NCBI GenBank assembly: GCA_965203555.1
Contig: CBDBCY010000004.1
Span: 384,001-448,000 of the forward strand
Reading direction: 5' to 3'
Length of the DNA stretch: 64,000 nucleotides
Source of the DNA: Acidimicrobiia bacterium
Lineage (GTDB): Bacteria > Actinomycetota > Acidimicrobiia > Spongiisociales > ZC4RG35
This document shows, one piece after another, positions 59,845-64,000 of the stretch (position 1 is the stretch's first letter; each line of letters opens with the position of its first letter). The notes beneath the pieces are model-generated. The model searched no databases. It had not been told where the DNA came from and saw only the letters and a program-made list of their open reading frames with translations. Both the position numbers and the translations under genes were made by a program.

Positions 59845-59997
59845 GAGGCGGGAGTATTTGCTGTTGGACTGACCTGGTGCGGGGATGACGAGGTTGGAAA
59901 ACAGCATTCCGTGTTGGTCTACAAAAGGTAGTAGTTGTTGTTACATCCCTGTTGGTACAATGGGGGACAGTACAGAAATGAATGTGAGGATGCCTTG

Positions 59998-60594
59998 ATG
60001 CTCAGCAGCACAAAGGAATTGCGAAGCCTTGTGAGCAAAGCTCAAGAAGCAACCAAAGACCTGGACAATGACCTAAGGAGAGTTGCTTTTGAGCGGGTTC
60101 TCAATCATCTCCTTGAGAGCAGGACTGCTGGTGTAGCTGTGCAAAATCGTGACGCATCCTCCGAAATCACGGAAACGATCAACAACAAGGCAGATGGCGT
60201 TTTGGCCGATGAACAACAGCGGATCGACGCTTTGGCGCGCTATTTCAAGATATCTCCTGAAGAGGTTCGATACATTTTCGACACCTCGGAAGAACAACCC
60301 AAGCTGATGCTGGCAACAAAACACCTGGCAAAGGCAAAAGCCCACGCTACACAGGAGATAACTCTGCTGATAGCAGGTGCACTTACTGCGCTGGGACAAC
60401 AAACCACTACCTCCCACATAAGAAACGTGGCCGACGATTACGACAGGCTTGACGGCCCCAATTTCATGGCGGCCCTCGGAAAGATGCCGGGAATCTCAGT
60501 CCTGGGAAGGCCAGGATCCCAAAACCGGATTGTCCGGATGAAAGTTACCGGTGCTGAGGCCGCCCAAACCCTAGCCCAGCGAATAGTCAGTTGA
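59998..60594 (+). CDS. Hypothetical protein
   Basis: RBS GAGGA; protein-like ~198-aa ORF with more A-rich composition than its neighbours. Confidence 0.6.
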   Translation: MLSSTKELRSLVSKAQEATKDLDNDLRRVAFERVLNHLLESRTAGVAVQNRDASSEITETINNKADGVLADEQQRIDALARYFKISPEEVRYIFDTSEEQPKLMLATKHLAKAKAHATQEITLLIAGALTALGQQTTTSHIRNVADDYDRLDGPNFMAALGKMPGISVLGRPGSQNRIVRMKVTGAEAAQTLAQRIVS

Positions 60595-60669
60595 CCACCC
60601 ACAAAGAGGGGGAGGGGTGAAGGCACTGGGCTGGCGGCAACCAAGGCCCACCGGCCCCACTCGCTTCTA

Positions 60670-61021
60670 TTGATTTCCATTGACGACCTTCACTCGGAAG
60701 TTGCTATTGCACGCGGCCTTTTCAGGGATGGGCACTATGACGACGCCGTGAGAAAGGCTTCCCAGCGCTTCGTGAATAGAGTGCAGGAGTTGGCAGGCCG
60801 ACCCGATCTCGACGGAGTCGGGTTAATGCACCACTCCTACCCAGGCAGTCAGAAACGTCGTTACACATCATGACGACTACGGTTTGAGCGCTGTTCCAGC
60901 ATTAGAGTGGTTGGCATTCATTAGCGCGTTGCATCGCCGCTTGGACCAGGCCCAACAGATTCCTCAACAGCAAGCGGGAGTCCCGTTGTCACTTCCAGGA
61001 GATCCGATCGCACCACCTTGA
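60670..61021 (+). pseudogene. TIGR02391-like protein with internal deletion/frameshift
   Basis: DLHSEV..ARGLFRDGHYDDAVRKA...DGVGLM, then in a shifted frame RNVVTH...ALEWLAFISALHRRLD. Confidence 0.6.
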
Positions 61022-61055
61022 GTTGGGTAATCCTGAATTCAAAGCGTAAACCTGG

Positions 61056-61265
61056 TCAGTCGCCGTTTTGCACTCGGCGGGCAAGACGCCGGGCTAGCTC
61101 CTGTGCCTCGGCAACCTCTTCCGGACAAGGTTCACCTACTTCTGCGACCAGTTCGCTCAGGTATCGCTCGGTCTCCTCCAGCAGTCGCCGACGCTTCTTC
61201 TTGTCTCGTATAGCTTGCCTGCGCAAACGGTAGGGTTCTTTGCCACCTCCTTGAGCGACGGGCAT
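61056..61265 (-). CDS. Small protein, possibly antitoxin-like
   Basis: RRQAIRD...YLSELVAEVGEPCPEEVAEA. Confidence 0.3.
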   Translation of the reverse strand: MPVAQGGGKEPYRLRRQAIRDKKKRRRLLEETERYLSELVAEVGEPCPEEVAEAQELARRLARRVQNGD

Positions 61266-61387
61266 TTCAGTGATCACTCCCTTGAGGGTCGGGCAAGCGC
61301 ATGTCGATCCGACGACTCTAGCATCTGCAATCTGGTATTCCGTACAGCCGGTAGGATTCACTCAATCCTGAGAGGAAGAAAGCCCAC

Positions 61388-61903
61388 ATGGACCGCGTTC
61401 CCCGTCGACTAGCTACTCCCGTGATCCACCCTTCGGCATTCATCGCCTCTACGGCCAGGATTTTCGGCGATGTGGTGGTGGAGGCCGAGGCGGTGGTGAT
61501 GTTCGGAGTGGTGATACGGGCCGAGACCGATCGGGTCGTGGTGGGGGAGGAGACCAACCTTCAGGACAACACCGTGCTCCACACCGATGACGGATATCCG
61601 ACGCTGATCGGCAGGCGGGTGACGGTGGGTCATCTGGCCCTGGTGCATGGGGCGGTGGTGGGGGACAACTGCTTGATCGGGATGGGCGCCATCGCTCTGA
61701 ACGGGTCGGTGATGGGAGAGGGATCATGGCTGGCGGCCGGCTCGCTGCTCGGAGAGGGAAAAAAAATACCACCCTGGACCATCGCCGTGGGAACACCGGC
61801 CCGTCCGCTGCGAGAACTTCGGCCGCAGGAAATCGAACGGGCCGAGATGGGCATCGAGGAGTATCTGACCCTGGGGGCGACCTACCGGCGAGTGGAGGGC
61901 TGA
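61388..61903 (+). CDS. Gamma-carbonic-anhydrase family (hexapeptide repeat, PaaY-like)
   Basis: TNLQDNTVLH, VTVGH.ALVHG, LIGMGA, GTPA. Confidence 0.9.
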   Translation: MDRVPRRLATPVIHPSAFIASTARIFGDVVVEAEAVVMFGVVIRAETDRVVVGEETNLQDNTVLHTDDGYPTLIGRRVTVGHLALVHGAVVGDNCLIGMGAIALNGSVMGEGSWLAAGSLLGEGKKIPPWTIAVGTPARPLRELRPQEIERAEMGIEEYLTLGATYRRVEG

Positions 61904-61934
61904 GAACGATCCACCTCCCGGACTTCACACCAGG

Positions 61935-62648
61935 TCACCTGACCGGCGCGCCCACCGTCAGTTCCTGAACCTGGAAGGATCCGCCTCCGTGCCGGCGCAG
62001 GTGGTCGGGTCGCCCGGCCAGGACGGGAAAGGTCCCGAAATGCATGGGAATAACCGTCTCCACTCCCAGCAGGCCGGCCGCTCTGGCCGCCGACCGCGGG
62101 TCCATGGTGAAATGACCTCCGATCGGAAGGCAGGCGATATTCGGTTCCCAAAGCTCTCCGATCAATTCCATGTCTCCGAAAACATCGGTGTCTCCGGCGT
62201 GATAGACGATCGGTCCCCCGGGAAAGTCCAGCACCCAACCGCCTGCCGCACCACCGTTGATCATTCCTTCCTCTCCATAGATGCCGGAGGAATGAACGGC
62301 GTGAACGAAGGTGGCTTTCACCCCGCCCGGCGCCGACACCGTACCGCCCTTGTTGAGAGGAACTGTTTGCTCGTCCTCCAAACCTTGTTGCATCAGCCAC
62401 CGTTTTATCTCAAAGATCGAAAAGACCGTGGCGCCGGTGGACCGGGCAATGGATGCAGCGTCTCCCAGGTGGTCGCGATGGCCGTGGGTAACAAAAATGG
62501 CATCGGCCTTGTCCGGGTATTTCTCCTCGGTGGGGCAGAGGGGATTGGCCCGTAGAAACGGGTCGATCAAAAGGGTGACTCCCTCCTCGACTCGAAACCG
62601 GAAGGCGGCATGTCCCAGCCAGGTGATCTCAACACCATGCAGTTTCAT
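61935..62648 (-). CDS. Metallo-beta-lactamase-fold hydrolase (UPF0173-like)
   Basis: [42 protein letters not shown]. Confidence 0.9.
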   Translation of the reverse strand: MKLHGVEITWLGHAAFRFRVEEGVTLLIDPFLRANPLCPTEEKYPDKADAIFVTHGHRDHLGDAASIARSTGATVFSIFEIKRWLMQQGLEDEQTVPLNKGGTVSAPGGVKATFVHAVHSSGIYGEEGMINGGAAGGWVLDFPGGPIVYHAGDTDVFGDMELIGELWEPNIACLPIGGHFTMDPRSAARAAGLLGVETVIPMHFGTFPVLAGRPDHLRRHGGGSFQVQELTVGAPVR

Positions 62649-62716
62649 GTTCTCTCCTTGAATCGTTGTGCACTCATGACACTACCGCTTTGACCAACGA
62701 ACGGTCGTTTGTTAAT

Positions 62717-63664
62717 ATGGAGCGCATGACAGACAGCCACCCGGGAAAAGCTCGTTTCGAGGCGCTTCTGGCTGCCGAGGAGAAGGTGGAACCTGCGGAT
62801 TGGATGCCCGACGGGTACCGCAAGACGCTGATCCGCCAGATCGCCCAGCACGCCCATTCCGAGGTGATCGGGATGCAGCCGGAAGGCAACTGGATAAGCC
62901 GGGCGCCCACACTCAAACGCAAAGCCATCCTGATGGCCAAGGTCCAGGACGAGGCCGGCCACGGCCTGTACCTCTACTCGGCGGCGGAGACGCTGGGCAT
63001 TACCCGGGACGAGATGATGCGCTTGCTCCACGAGGGTAAGCACAAATACTCATCCATCTTCAATTACCCCACGCTCAGTTGGGCCGATATAGGGTGCATC
63101 GGCTGGCTGGTCGACGGGGCGGCCATTACCAACCAGGTGATGCTCACCCGGTGCTCCTACGGGCCGTACGCGCGGGGGATGGTGCGGATCTGCAAGGAGG
63201 AGTCCTTCCATCAACGGCAGGGGTTCGAGATAATGGCCACCCTCAGCCGGGGAGCGCCCGCCCAGCGGGAGATGGCGCAGGACGGTTTGAATCGATGGTG
63301 GTGGCCGTCGCTGATGATGTTCGGACCGCATGACTCCGCCTCCACTCATGGCAAGCAGTCGATGGAATGGAAGATCAAACGGGTCTCCAACGACGAACTG
63401 CGACAGCAATTCGTCGACATGACCGTGCCGCAGGCCGAGTACCTGGGACTGACGGTCCCCGATCCGGACCTGCGCTGGAATCCCCGGCGCGGGCACTATG
63501 ACTTCGGCGAGATCGACTGGGAGGAGTTCTGGGCGGTGGTGAAGGGCAACGGACCAATGAACCGGGAACGGATCGCCCACAAGCGGGCCGCCTGGGACGA
63601 GGGCGCCTGGGTGAGGGAAGCCGCCGCGGCCTACGCCGCCCGCCAACGGGACGTGGTGGCCTGA
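62717..63664 (+). CDS. paaA: Phenylacetyl-CoA epoxidase subunit A
   Basis: [43 protein letters not shown]. Confidence 0.96.
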   Translation: MERMTDSHPGKARFEALLAAEEKVEPADWMPDGYRKTLIRQIAQHAHSEVIGMQPEGNWISRAPTLKRKAILMAKVQDEAGHGLYLYSAAETLGITRDEMMRLLHEGKHKYSSIFNYPTLSWADIGCIGWLVDGAAITNQVMLTRCSYGPYARGMVRICKEESFHQRQGFEIMATLSRGAPAQREMAQDGLNRWWWPSLMMFGPHDSASTHGKQSMEWKIKRVSNDELRQQFVDMTVPQAEYLGLTVPDPDLRWNPRRGHYDFGEIDWEEFWAVVKGNGPMNRERIAHKRAAWDEGAWVREAAAAYAARQRDVVA

Positions 63665-64000
63665 TGTCCTATTCGGTTCCCCGTTTGCCCGAAGAGGGGG
63701 ACCGAGACTTTTCTCCGCAGGGCAGGGACGGGTCCTCCGGTTGGCCTCTGTGGGAAGTGTTCATCCGGCAGAGAAGGGGCATGTCCCACGTCCATGCCGG
63801 GAGTCTGCATGCCCCGGACGCGGAGATGGCATTGCAGTCGGCGCGGGACGTGTATACCCGTCGAGGAAAAGGAGTGAGCCTGTGGGTAGTGCGATCGTCC
63901 GACATCACCGCCTCCGATACCGACGACGCGGGTTCCCTGTTCGAACCAACCGCCGACAAGCCTTACCGGGACGCCACCTTCTACCAGGTTCCCACCGAGG
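63664..64000 (+). CDS. paaB: Phenylacetyl-CoA epoxidase subunit B (runs off the window edge)
   Basis: WPLWEVFIR...HVHAGSLHAPDAEMALQSARDVYTRR..GVSLWVV. Confidence 0.92.
   Translation, partial: MSYSVPRLPEEGDRDFSPQGRDGSSGWPLWEVFIRQRRGMSHVHAGSLHAPDAEMALQSARDVYTRRGKGVSLWVVRSSDITASDTDDAGSLFEPTADKPYRDATFYQVPTE

Overview
GC-rich bacterial window, most likely an actinomycete of Acidimicrobiia type. This rests on the Bpa proteasome activator, a TCGAAC-N4-GTTCGA LexA box, a DUF222-HNH gene and an MsiK-like ATPase. Bases ~820-36500 form an accessory region that starts immediately 5' of a minus-strand tRNA-Arg(CCT). A 20-bp direct repeat overlapping the tRNA 5' end (818-837 and 23646-23665) brackets a ~23-kb decaying defence island, and a third partial copy lies at 5248-5295. 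The island carries an unusual module: XRE regulator, catalytically degenerate tyrosine-recombinase-fold gene and a coupled DDE-like transposase. It also holds a DISARM drmD stub, a 1481-aa nuclease-helicase-methyltransferase (Type ISP-like) with an in-frame C11 tract, HEPN-like/OLD/Abi-like genes, an SLH protein, a trypsin-like protease and a PD-(D/E)xK-like protein. Next come an intact IS21, a LexA-boxed imuB-dnaE2 cassette without imuA, IS relics and a DUF222-HNH gene. From ~37 kb the window is housekeeping: a YerC-led his operon, trmH, bpa, ychF-like, transporters, a tandem glycine riboswitch with gcvP, and paaA/paaB. All family calls come from motif recognition by eye; no database searches were run.
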